Of a stretch of DNA of 64,000 nt, positions 36,311-49,254 are shown piece after piece. The notes under the pieces were generated by a model. The model searched no databases. It saw only the letters and a list, made by a program, of their open reading frames with translations, and was not told the origin of the DNA. The translations under genes were made by a program, and so were the position numbers. Within the stretch, counting starts at the first letter, position 1; each line of letters opens with the position of its first letter. Source of the DNA: Takakia lepidozioides (taxonomy: Eukaryota > Plantae > Bryophyta); contig CM060732.1 of NCBI GenBank assembly GCA_030704615.1, positions 50,592,001 to 50,656,000 of the forward strand, in the 5' to 3' direction.

Positions 36311-39108
36311 TCACCAGTAATCACCACAAGAACAAATCCCATCTTCAAAGTGGTGGAAAGTAGTTAGCGTCCCATACAACAATTGCTAACAATCTTTGAG
36401 ATGAATTTGGTGGAGGTGTGGCAGTCTCCACACACTCGAAGATTCTTGATGAGTCGTGTTGATCAGCCCAAAACCAATGGCCAGCTTCTCACTGTGGTGG
36501 CAAAGAGAAAATTCCTTTCCTCCACATCATGCAGTAAAAAGCGTGTGTCAGTCACATACCCCGCCTCCTTCATCTGCCCAGACAATCTTCTCAGCTCAGC
36601 ATGGATTTCCTTAATTCTGGGATGCAACTTGTGATCCGGCTCCTTTCTAACCCCTCTGACCTTCATCATTCTTCTCACCTTTGCAGTATCATCCCACCTG
36701 CCAGCTGCAACATAGATATTTGATATAGCAACACATAAGTCGCGGCATCCTGTTCATCCCACTTGAGGATAGATGTTGCCACACATTCAGCCATCTCCAC
36801 ATTGCCATGGATTCTGCAAGCACCAAGCAAGGCCTTCTACACCACAACATCTGGATTGATTGGCATTTATTAATCAGGTCCACTGCCTCATGTAGTTGTC
36901 TCGCACGTCCAGAAGGTCCACCATGCAGCCAAAGTGCTTTACTGGCGAGGTGACACCATGACCTTGACTCAAGGAATCGAAGTAGCGTCTTCCTTCATTT
37001 AGTAGGCCAGTGTGGCTGCATGCAGAGAGAACACATATAAAGGTGATACTGATGTGGTTGCACTTCTACTACTTCCCCCATTATTTGCTCATAGGTCTCC
37101 AAGGCCTCCATCCCGCGCCCCTGCTGTGCATGTCCTGCAAACTCCATGACACCAAATCTCGTTCAGCCAAACTGTTGAACACTCCCTCCACATCCTCAAT
37201 GCTTCCACATTTGGCATACATGAGCCACGAGGGTATTGTTCAGAATCACATCTGGTACAATTCCAGCTTTGGTGATGCAACCATGCACCTCTTTGCCATT
37301 TTCCAGGGCTGCCAGGCTTGCACACACACTGCAAGCGCACACAAACGTGATGTGGTTGGGCTTCACCCTTCCCCCATCATTTGCTCATAGGTCTCCAAAG
37401 CCTCCATCCCACGCCCCTGCTGTGCATACCCCTGCAAGCATCGCGTTCCACGACACCACATCTCGTTCAGCCATAGGGTTGAAATTACCTCCCTTCGCAT
37501 CCTTAATGCACCCACATTTGGCATACATGCCCACCAGGGCAGTGTTCAGGATGACATCTAGTACAATTCCAGCTTTAACGATGTCACCATGGACCTCTTT
37601 CCCCTTTTCCAGAGCTCCCAGGCTTGCACACGCATTTGCAAACACAAACAAATGTGATGTGGTTGGTTTTCACCCCTTCGCACATCATTTGCTCATAGGT
37701 CTCCAACGCCTCTATCCCGCACCCTTGCTGTGCATATCTTGCAATCATCACACTCCACGACACCACATCACGTTCAGCCATACTGTCAAACACTCCATTT
37801 GCATCCTCGATGCACCCACATTTGACATACATGTCCACCAGGGCAGTGTTCAGAATGACATCGGGTACAATTCCAGATTTGATAATGTCACCATGGACCT
37901 CTTTGCACTTTTCCAGGGCTGCCAGGCTTGCACACGCATTGCAAATGCAAACAAACGTCATGTGGTTGGGCTTCACCCCCTTCGCACATCATTTGCTCAT
38001 AGGTCTCCAAAGCCTCCATCCCGAGCCCTTGCTGTGCATATCCTGCAATCATCACACTCCATGACACCACATCTCGTTCAGCCATACTAACGGACACTCC
38101 CTTCATACATGTCCATGGGGGTATTGTTCAGAATGACATTTGGTACAATTGCAGCTCTGACAATGTCGCCATGGGCCTCTTTGCCCCTTTCCAGAGCTAC
38201 AAGGCTTGCACACGCATTGCAAACGCACCCAAACGTGATGTGGTCGGGCTTCACCCCTTCTCCCACCATTTGTTCATAAGTCTCCAAAGCCTCCATACCA
38301 CGTCCCTGCTGTGCATACCCTGCAAGCATCGCGTCCAATGGCACCACATCTCGTTTAGCCATAGTGTTGAAAACTCCCTTCGCATCCTTAATGCACCCAC
38401 ATTTGGCATACATGTCCACCAGAGCAGTTTTCAGAATGACATCTGGTACAATTCCAGCTTTGATGATGTCACCATGGACCTCTTTCCCCTTTTCCAGAGC
38501 TCCCTGGCTTGCACACGCATTGTAAACACAAACAAATGTGATGTGGTTGGGCTTCACCCTTTCGCGCAACATTTGCTCATAGGTCTCCAAAGCATTCCTA
38601 CCACACCCGTACTTGGTAAATCCTGCCAACATTATGTTCCACATGATCAAACATCGTTGAGGCATTCTGTTGAACACTTCGTGAGCATCCATGATGCTCC
38701 TGCACTTAACATACATGTTGACAAGGGAGTTGAGTAGAAAAAAAATTAACATGAATCCACTTTGCATAATGTGAGTGTGCACCTGCTTTCCAGCTGCAAG
38801 AGACAGGCATACGTATCTAAATATGCTGAAATGCCTCCTTGGTTTAAAGTCTGTAGAGCCTCTGCCAGTCTGCCTACCGCACAAAGTATCTTCACATGCT
38901 CAGAAGTGCCAGAAGAGGTATTTTGGACTCCCTCTCTTGATCCTCTTTCAGAAGCTGTGATCATGGTTGAGGTGCCTGATTTCATCAACTGTGCCGCTGC
39001 AGCTGTTGCATTCAGTTGACCATCTACCCATGCAAGTTTCTTGTAGTTATTGATCCACAGGTAATCCGGAGCTTGAAGTCCGGTCCTCTTGGATGAATCT
39101 GGACCCAC
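36311..39108 (-). pseudogene. PLS-class PPR gene with E and DYW deaminase domains (organellar C-to-U editing factor type), frameshifted
   Basis: Repeated P-L-S triplets (DVVSW.AMIAGYAQ / NHITFVC..NACAS / ALVDMYAKCG). Then CSHTGLLNEG, HFGCMVDLL, E domain LLGACRIHGNVE, HSEKLA, NLRVCGDCH and terminal FEDGICSCGDYW*. Many indels, and the PG box is missing after KEP. Confidence 0.93.
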
Positions 39109-39489
39109 ACTCTATCTCTGCTCCTTCAGCTATCCATGCCTCTGCACAAATCATGCATACATCCTTGCATTGCTGCTACCAGCTGACAATGACAGCCTAG
39201 ATTTGTTCTAGGAAACACCCAACTCAACTTATCACACTAGTTCTTATGCTCAATTGCATCTGCTACTCTCTGTAATCCAACAGGCATTCACCTTTTTGCC
39301 TCGATTGTCCCACCATTGACTGGGGTCAGAAAAGTATTCATTCCACAGCTTATCCTCGTCTATGTTACCTGTTCAAGGATACTTTCCTGTTGTCACATTG
39401 GCAGTATCATGTCAAAAGTCAATCCAAAGTATCAAAGGTTCACTCAACCAGCTAACTTGCAGAATTCAACCTGAATATTCAACAAGGGT

Positions 39490-40560
39490 TTTATCCAAAA
39501 TGATATCCCCCACAATTCCGCTTTTGCTAATGTCAGCGTGAACCTGCTTGCACTTCTCCAGGGCTCCTAGGCTGGCACACGCATTGAGAATACAAGAGAA
39601 GGTGACCCTTTTAGGAGTCATCCCTGCCCCATCCATGTTGAGCACACCCTGCGATCATGGTGTTCCATGATACTCTATCTCGTTTAGCCATATTGTCAAA
39701 AGCTTGACGCGCTCCCACATTTTGCATACATGTCCACAAGCGCAGTCTCCAAATTTATGCAGCATGCAATTCCAGATTTAATGATGTCAGCATGGACCTC
39801 TTTGCCCTTCTCCAAGGCTCCTAGGCTGGCACATGCATTGAGAACACAAGTGAATGCGACCCTGTTGGGCGTTAGCCCTTTCTTCTGCATTTGTTCATAC
39901 ATCTCAACAGCCTCCCTGCCATACTCATGCGGAGCATATGCTGCAATCATGGTCCTCCATGAAACCACATCATGTTGTGTCATATTGTCAAACACTAGAC
40001 GAATCCTTTATGCCCCTGCATTTTGCATACATGTCAACAAGGGTAATCTCCAGGATAATATCTGGCACGATTCTAGATTTGCGTATGTCATCATGGACCT
40101 GTTTCCCTTTTTCCAGAGCTCTGAGGCGCATGCATTGAGAATACAAGTGAATGTGACCCTGTCAGGCGTCACCTCATCCTGTTGCATTTTCTCATAGATC
40201 TTGAAAGCTTCCAATAGCGTCCCCATGCTGAGCATATCCTGCTATCAACGAACTCCACGAGACCATCTCAAGTTAGCACATGTTGTCGAACATTTGACGC
40301 GCCTCCTTCATGCTGCCACATTTTGCATACATGTCGATAAGGCTATTATCCAAATTGATATAGGGCGCAATTTCAGCTTTCATGGTGTCAACATGCACCT
40401 CTTTGCCCCCTTTTCTAGGGCTCCTAGGCTGGAACACGCATTGAGAACACAAACAAACGTGACTGTGTTGGGTCTCACCCCTGCTTGTTGCATTTGCCTG
40501 TATATCTGGAAAGCCTCCCTCTACGCTGACACTGATCACATGCTCAAGGATGCCAGGACA
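39490..40560 (-). pseudogene. Degenerate PLS-PPR fragment
   Basis: P-L-S motifs spread over several frames (LIDMYAKCGSMKEARQMFD, DVVSWRTMIAAYA, FTCVLNACASLGALEKGKEVH). Confidence 0.88.
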
Positions 40561-40629
40561 TCATCCCTTCCCCGAGCTGTAAGACACCTTTCACGCTTGT
40601 CTTCGGGCATTTCGGGCAGTATCCAAAGA

Positions 40630-40870
40630 ATTTGACGACGATGACGTGGTTACAAAACGTGGCGACGAATCGTGGCACTATGGCACCCTATACCTGCTCT
40701 ACGCTAAACTAGCTTCCGACCTTTGGTTGTCGTCGCTAGAATAAGAGAAACATGGGGATAGGGATCCTTTTAATGTAGCGGGCCCGCTGTCAGGTCCCTG
40801 TCCCCTCTGCACCGTGCGGCCTCGTTACGACGAGGTCACACAAAATTCAGAGGCCTGCTTCTACTGCTTT
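40630..40870. repeat. Left arm of an inverted repeat of about 240 bp (partner at 47812-48153)
   Basis: Reverse-complement matches include GTGGCACTATGGCACCCTATA, CTAGAATAAGAGAAACA, CCCTGTCCCCTCTGCACCGTGCGG and AAAATTCAGAGGC. Confidence 0.88.
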
Positions 40871-41033
40871 GCAATGACGAGCGAACGTCCAACGGACGTG
40901 TAGAACGGACGGACGGTCCACGAGGTGTCTCTAAGAATCTATCCTTTGGTCACCTAGTGCGGCTCTCATCCACACACAAATTACTTAGAGAAGAGCAGAG
41001 CAGAGAAGATGATGGAGCTTGTTATGTGGGAGC

Positions 41034-42321
41034 ATGGCTAAGCTGCTAGCAAGGCCCGATATGACAAGGTTACCTCTGGCTTGCTGCAAGCTGTACATAT
41101 CTGACGGTCGCAATCGGAGAGTCTTGCAAGCGATCGAAGCTGCTGCTGATTCCCACCCTGAAGCCCCTCTCCTCCACGTATTCGAGGACCATGAGTACAA
41201 CAGAGTGGGCTACACACTTGCAGGGTATCTCTCATCTGAGTACCTGGTTGTGGATCCAAACAAATCAAAGTCAATTCTCAATGATTTTAATCCACTTCCC
41301 CACAAGGAAGAAAGGACGCAGGAAATGTACACTACTGCGTGCTCTCTTTCTGAATCGCCTCCCATTCAGAGAGCAGTGATAGAGGTGGTGGAAGCAGCTT
41401 TGCGAAACATTGATTTGGGTGAACATTGTGGGAGCCATCCTCGGCTTGGAGCAGTAGATCATATCTGTATTCATCCGCTTGGGACAGCCACGTTAGAGGA
41501 GGTAGCTTCTCTGGCACAGTCGCTTGCTGCAGAGATCGGTTCCACCCTACAAGGTTTTCCCTGCACTGCTCTGTCCCTAGTCTCTTTGCGAATATCAATT
41601 TCAAAATCATACGCATTTGCCGAAAGCTGTCATCAGAAAGGTGATAGGGAATCACATGCTCTGTTCCTGATTCGAAAAGCAAATGCAGGTGTCTAGATCT
41701 AGAGGAGAACATCTTATGAGTGTTGTTAACACTTACGATGTCCATCAGCAAAGTTTGCATCAGTTCTACCAGTAGATGAAGCAATGTTAATTGCTCTCGT
41801 GTGCAGTCCCATCGTTCCTGTATGGAGCAGCGCACCACGCAGGAAGGCCTCTGGATGCCATTCGTCGTTCTCTGGGATACTTCGAGCCCAATATGCGAGG
41901 TCAATGGACAGGCTCCACCACCTTTCCAACTGACATGTTACCAGATTTTGGTCCTTCAACAGCGACGACCAAGAGTGGGGTAGTAGTGGTAGGGGCATGC
42001 CCTTGGGTCATGAAATACAATGTGCCCCTTGAGTCGAAAGACTTGGCAGCAGGCCGCCGAATCGCTCGCAGGGTGAGTGCCAGAGGCGGTGGCCTTCGAC
42101 AAGTCCAAGCTATGGCATTGCCGCATGGGGAGATGTGCGTTGAAATTGCTTGCAATCTTCTGGATACTGAAGTTGTAGGGCCCCAAATGGTGCAGACGCG
42201 AGTGACTAGATTGGCTGAAAGCGAAGGGATTACAGCAAAGGAGGGATACTTGACTGGGTACTCCGACAAGGAGGTGCTTCAGCTAGCCTTGGAGAAAATA
42301 TTCTCTCAGACACGAGCTTGA
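41034..42321 (+). CDS. Glutamate formiminotransferase-like protein (FTCD N-terminal domains). Exons 41034-41553 and 41807-42321, 344 aa
   Basis: Motifs CCKLYISDGRN, FEDHEYNRVGYTL, HCGSHPRLGAVDHIC.HPL, VPSFLYGAAH, RRVSARGGGLRQVQAMAL.HG and EIACNLL. One phase-1 intron. Confidence 0.93.
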
Positions 42322-43874
42322 TGAGGATCATACCAAGGCCTTGCATTGTGAATCATGCAATCTTTATTATCTTTGAGGCCACCAAGTGCACTTGCTTCCT
42401 CAGTAGGATCTCTAGCATACGCAATGGTAATCCACACTACACAGACAACGTCACTGTTGGGAAGCAGTGCTTGTGGTAAGATCTCCTACCTTGGTATCTC
42501 CCTTGCAGATTCTTAATTGTAGTATATGCAGTATGTACAGCAAAATGGTTGAAAGATTCATCCTGATCACCCTGCATTCCGCGCCAGAAAAGATTCATGG
42601 CTGCACTGGTTGACGATGGTGGTGCAGCAAGAGAGCATGTAATTCGAGCCCATGAGATGTATCCAGTGTTTCCCACATGTCGTCTTATGATTTTCACCCA
42701 ACAGAAGGCAAGAAACCAAGAGTGAGCTTGGCAAATAGGCAACTGGAATGCAAGCACCTGTATAGGCATCACTGGATATATCCTCATCTAACAGGAATCC
42801 AGTGTTCCGGGAGAATTGGACAAACAGTAACCTGTGATCTGTAAGGCCTCCTCAACAAGGCCAGCAAGCCCTGCAATTACAGTGTGATTTGTTAGGAAAT
42901 GACCAAACATTCTTATATTGATTGATCATTGGATAAGGACACATTGATGTATACTCCATGGATGAGGTTCGACAGTGTCCAATGAATACTTCTTAACCTA
43001 GTGAAGAATCCGATGTTCCCTGGTCTAAAGCAAACTGCTAGCATCTGTTGTATCTGCATTTAATTTTTGAACTAACTAATTCAAACTGAGGGCCAGATGC
43101 TCTGGTCAGAGATCTAGTCTGAAATGCACAGGAGGGAACATATCTTTGGAGCTGGTTTTCAACATTTCTATTCTGGGAAGAAAAGGAGAACTGATCCATT
43201 GCATCTTCTGCGACAGTCTAACAGTGTCCCTGAGTGTGGTCCAAACTCGGCCTGCAGGCAGGGAAGAAGGCGGCTTCTTCAATTTGATCTAGTTAACATT
43301 GACACTTGTCATGTATTCAAGCCAAATAACAATGAGTGAAACTGCTCCAAAGAACAGACACTGACTCTTCTCAAAAAATTCGTACAAAGTAATCAGGTAA
43401 AGAGGCCCAAGTCCCAACTAGCCCTAGAGCATACTAAACCTTCAGAAGATAGTTTTCCGTATTACACACAGAGGAACGGAGACAGTTCCATATACAGCTG
43501 CAAAACTACACAAACACAAACACAATTAAGTTCCTCCTATTCTTAAGACTTTGGATACAGATAGGTAGGAAGGTTTGAAATTCTTTGAGTGGTCCCTCTC
43601 AGCATAGCACACATTTGCAACAGCCGCAGCTGCCAGTTCTGCTGCCTTCACTTCCTCCTGGTTGCAACAGCACAAACCATCCAGCCACTGACACAAGGCT
43701 GTCTCACGCTCTCAGATCACTGACATCCAATAAAGGCACGCCAACATGCAATTGAGCCCAGCCCTCCTTGCAGTCTGCAGTCCCTAACCACTAGGCTCTC
43801 TGTTGGAAACAGCAGTCCATACTACAATCCTTTATCGCATAACAACATCAACAAGACATTACATTACACACAAA

Positions 43875-44060
43875 GAATGTACTCAGGCTGTTCCCTGCAA
43901 ACGTTGGCTTGCCATAGCCTTACTGCCATTGACCCTGCAGAACTAACCCTCCCAGTGCCTTTTGTGCAGTTTTTGTGCGGTTTGCACCCACTAGGGTTTA
44001 GCTTATCCCTGCAGGTATAAACTGTTTTCCCGCATTTGTCATTAAGGTGCTCGCAGAGGC
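43875..44060 (-). mobile_element. LINE 3'-end fragment of the same family as 2790-3260, next to a (GA)n tract
   Basis: The reverse complement matches AGCACCTTAATG...AGTTTATACCTGCAG...GGGATAAGCTAAA...GTGGGTGC...GTAAGGCTATGGCAAGCCAAC...GAGTACA. Confidence 0.75.
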
Positions 44061-44401
44061 ACTTTGTCCACACGCATTACACAGAGAGAGAGAGAGAGGG
44101 AGAGAGATGTACTGATTGAATACAACATACAGTACCCTTTGACAATAGAACTGATCCACGTCCCTGCAGAAGGGGTCTGGAAAAGGGAGGAGGTAAACAA
44201 GAGGAGAATGAGAGAAAGAGATGGACTGTACAACATCCAAATGAAGCCAAAGAGTGTACTGAACAAGATAGCTCTGCAACTGTGGTACCCCTACAGACAG
44301 AGAGTGATATTAGCAGTGACAGCCCACTAATACCAAACAAGATTTAGAATGCTGTGTCATGATATCATCTGAGACTTTCAAAATTAACAGGGAAGTATTA
44401 C

Positions 44402-44630
44402 CTGCTTGGCTAGCTGTATGGCCTCCACCTCATCTGTCAAAGGAGTGGGCACATTGGCTGCATGCCAATCCCACATATCAGAGTTTGCGGACATGAACCA
44501 AAAATGTTCCACGTCATTATGTCAGCTGCAACTGTATAAGGAGCTCGGCCGCCTCTCAGGCACAAGGGTCTGCTTCCTCCAGCAAAACATCCAAGACCTT
44601 GGAGTGTTCCCCTGCCATTGCAGCCTCATG
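44402..44630 (-). pseudogene. Fragment of an ANKZF1/Vms1 (ankyrin and zinc-finger peptidyl-tRNA hydrolase family) gene
   Basis: Frameshifted translation HEAAMAGEHSKVLDVLLEEADPC..RGGRAPYTVAA..FMSANSDMWDWHAANVPTPLTDEVEAIQLAKQ ends at a GTAA donor. It resembles the ankyrin plus WDWHAAxVPSxLT block of plant ANKZF1 as recalled from memory. Confidence 0.65.
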
Positions 44631-45362
44631 CCTCTGGGCTTGGTCATGTCCTCCTACTTGCTTGATAGAATCAGACCGACCTGGCCTATTCTAGGCTCGA
44701 TCCTGCTACTACAAGTGAAAGCGGAGGTGGAGTTCCAATTGAAAGACATTGACGACTCCATCCGGCACTTCTCAAGACCAAAAGTGTACATACGGTACTC
44801 AGATTTGGGGAGCCCTGTCAAGGATGGTCCTAGACTTAGTGGCACCCAACTATTCAAGAGGAGAAGCTCTTCCGTGAACACACGAAAAGCAGTGTGCATC
44901 ACTATACACCAGGTCAAAGCTTAATCCAAGGTAGAAATTGAGAATCACTTTGAAGAGCCACCCATTGTGAACAAAGCAGAAAATGGAGAAGGGCCAAAGA
45001 CGCGCATGGGAGCAAAGACAGAGAACGGTGCCTGGCTTGTCAAAGAACAGGGGACCACCTGAATTTCAAAAAGGGTGACTGCAAAAAAGCAAATGAATAT
45101 CAAGTGCAGTTTAAGATGTGCAACCAAGTCTCCATCATTGGAACAAAGCCTGTTGTTGGAAATACATGTGATCCCTCTTACTGCAGCTACAATCAATTTT
45201 GGCTCTCTTTACAGAAGTTACCTACATCAGAAGGAAACCTCTGGCTTCTGGATAGTTATGCTTGAAGAGATTGCATTGAAAGAGTTGTGTTTGGTTGAAC
45301 AGCGAACCTCTCCAAGAGTCTTAGTGTTTTCCATGATTGATCAAAACCGGTTAATGAAACTA
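44630..45362. repeat. Inverted copy of 32170-32890
   Basis: Same colinear reverse-complement match as given for 32170-32890. Its left end truncates the ANKZF1 fragment. Confidence 0.93.
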
Positions 45363-45569
45363 AAATCACAACAGAGTTCAGTTACCCACTGCACATGACA
45401 TGAACAGGGGCCATTGCTTGCAGGGTCAACAGATCTAATGCTGGTATAACAAATCTCTGCACACTATCTCCTGTCTTGTTTGGCTCCTACAGCTTATCTC
45501 TAGTTTGAAGGTGGCTCATTCTCAAATCACGAGAGCAAGGAACAGAAGTTGACCTTCAAAGAAACAAGG

Positions 45570-47579
<2,010 letters not shown>

Positions 47580-47811
47580 TTAAGTTAATCAATTTCTCTT
47601 GAAGAAGGGGTCCGGCAGGCTATAAGTTAAAAGTTCTGCAGTTCCGAAAATAACCATGATACATAATAAAAACCCCACCACAAAGTCAACACCGCTTACT
47701 TGTCCAGTCTTTGAAACTCTTGCTTGTTCCAAAGCCTTCTCCAAGTACGATGAGTGACGTCGCCGCCATACCTCGGCAAGGCACGCAGCGCCGCCAAGTT
47801 AGTGGAGGTGT

Positions 47812-48153
47812 TGGCAGTAGCTACATGCCTCTGAATTTTGCGTGGCCTCCCGCACGGTGCAGAGGGGACAGGGACTTGACAGTAGCCCCTTTACATTAAA
47901 AACGATCCCTATTCGCGTGTTTCTCTTATTCTAGCTACGACCAAAGGTCGAGAGCTAGATTAGCATAGAGCAGATATAGGGTGTCATAGTGCCACATCAT
48001 CGTCACAGCAGCCCCCTTACATTAAAAACGATCCCTATTCGCCTGTTTCTCTTATTCTAGCAACAACCAAAGATCAAGAGCTAGATTAGCATAGAGCAGA
48101 TATAGGGTGCCATAGTGCCACGTCATCGTCGTCACGCCACATCATCGTCGTCA
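47812..48153. repeat. Right arm of the inverted repeat (partner at 40630-40870), with an internal tandem duplication of about 126 bp
   Basis: TTACATTAAAA(A)CGATCCCTATTCGC...GTTTCTCTTATTCTAGC...AGAGCTAGATTAGCATAGAGCAGATATAGGGTG.CATAGTGCCAC occurs twice, at about 47890 and 48016. Confidence 0.88.
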
Positions 48154-49254
48154 TTTCTGTGTGTCGGTTGTAACGGAAGTTCGCAGAGACGGCGACTTTC
48201 AAAGACTCGAGTGAAACTCTTATTATACTGGTTGAGCTCCTTGGCTTTGCTTTGTAGATGCGAATGGACTGAATCATGATACCACATGTTAGAGGGTGAG
48301 TGTATGTGATGGCAAACTGTGTCACAATGATTAGCATCACATAGTCACTGCGCACTTACCCGCAGGCGTAAAAACCTGGATATCCTTAAATACAGAGCTC
48401 AGTCTATCTGTTACTAGGGAAGGAGGAAGAGAGTCTCATAAGGTTGAATGATGGAAGCTTATAGGTGGAAGTGAGAGAAAAATTGTCCAAGTTACTTACG
48501 GAGATCATTGAGGGAAAGACCATTGCAGGAGTGCTACGCCGTGCTGTTGAACTCACATTGGAGGGTAACAGTCAGCTGGTGGAGAAGTTAAATGGCTACT
48601 TCAGTCTGGGGAAGGAAGAATGAGCGGTGCGTGCAGATGAGTGGGGTCTTTCGTCAGATGCTCTCCTCCACTATAAATATGCAGAATTTTCGCTGGAGGC
48701 ATTTCCTCCACATGACATGTGGAATTCAGCAGGTAATTTTCGATCCTGGGCCTGGCTCTCTTCTCTCTCGCTCGTCAATAGCGGGCATACAGCGACGTTG
48801 TTGGAATGCAGTCGTCATTCTAACTCAATTAACCTAAAACTGAGGAACTTTCTAGGATTGGAAGAGGACCTTACTCTCCCTGTGTTTAAGCTGTAGGGTG
48901 CAATCGGTCATCAACTTGTTGCTATAATAAGGAGCTTTCTGGAAAATCTCAATCAAAAGTCGATCTTCAAAAGCATAGGCAGCAATTAGCTTGCTTATAT
49001 TGAAGAATTGATTCTGCAACGAATTAAATTCTAGGGTGCATGTTGACATGAAGTTCTAAAAGATTATGCAGAGAAAAGCTGGGAGGGCTCAACTAGGTCC
49101 CATTCTTGACACAGTAGTGGTGGCCCCCTCTCCACTCCCTCCCCTCCCCTTCCTCCCCCATCTGCTGTGCCTAAGATGTGTCTATGGCTTCAAGTAACAT
49201 GAAGTTCATCATCATTTCTCTTCTGCTCGTCAAATTGGGTACGTTGTGTATCTT

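Noticed and set aside
42437-43700. Additional minus-strand gene (exon-like stretches such as EEVKAAELAAAAVA)
   Set aside because: I could not assemble a consistent frame or recognise a family. These may be further pseudogene debris.
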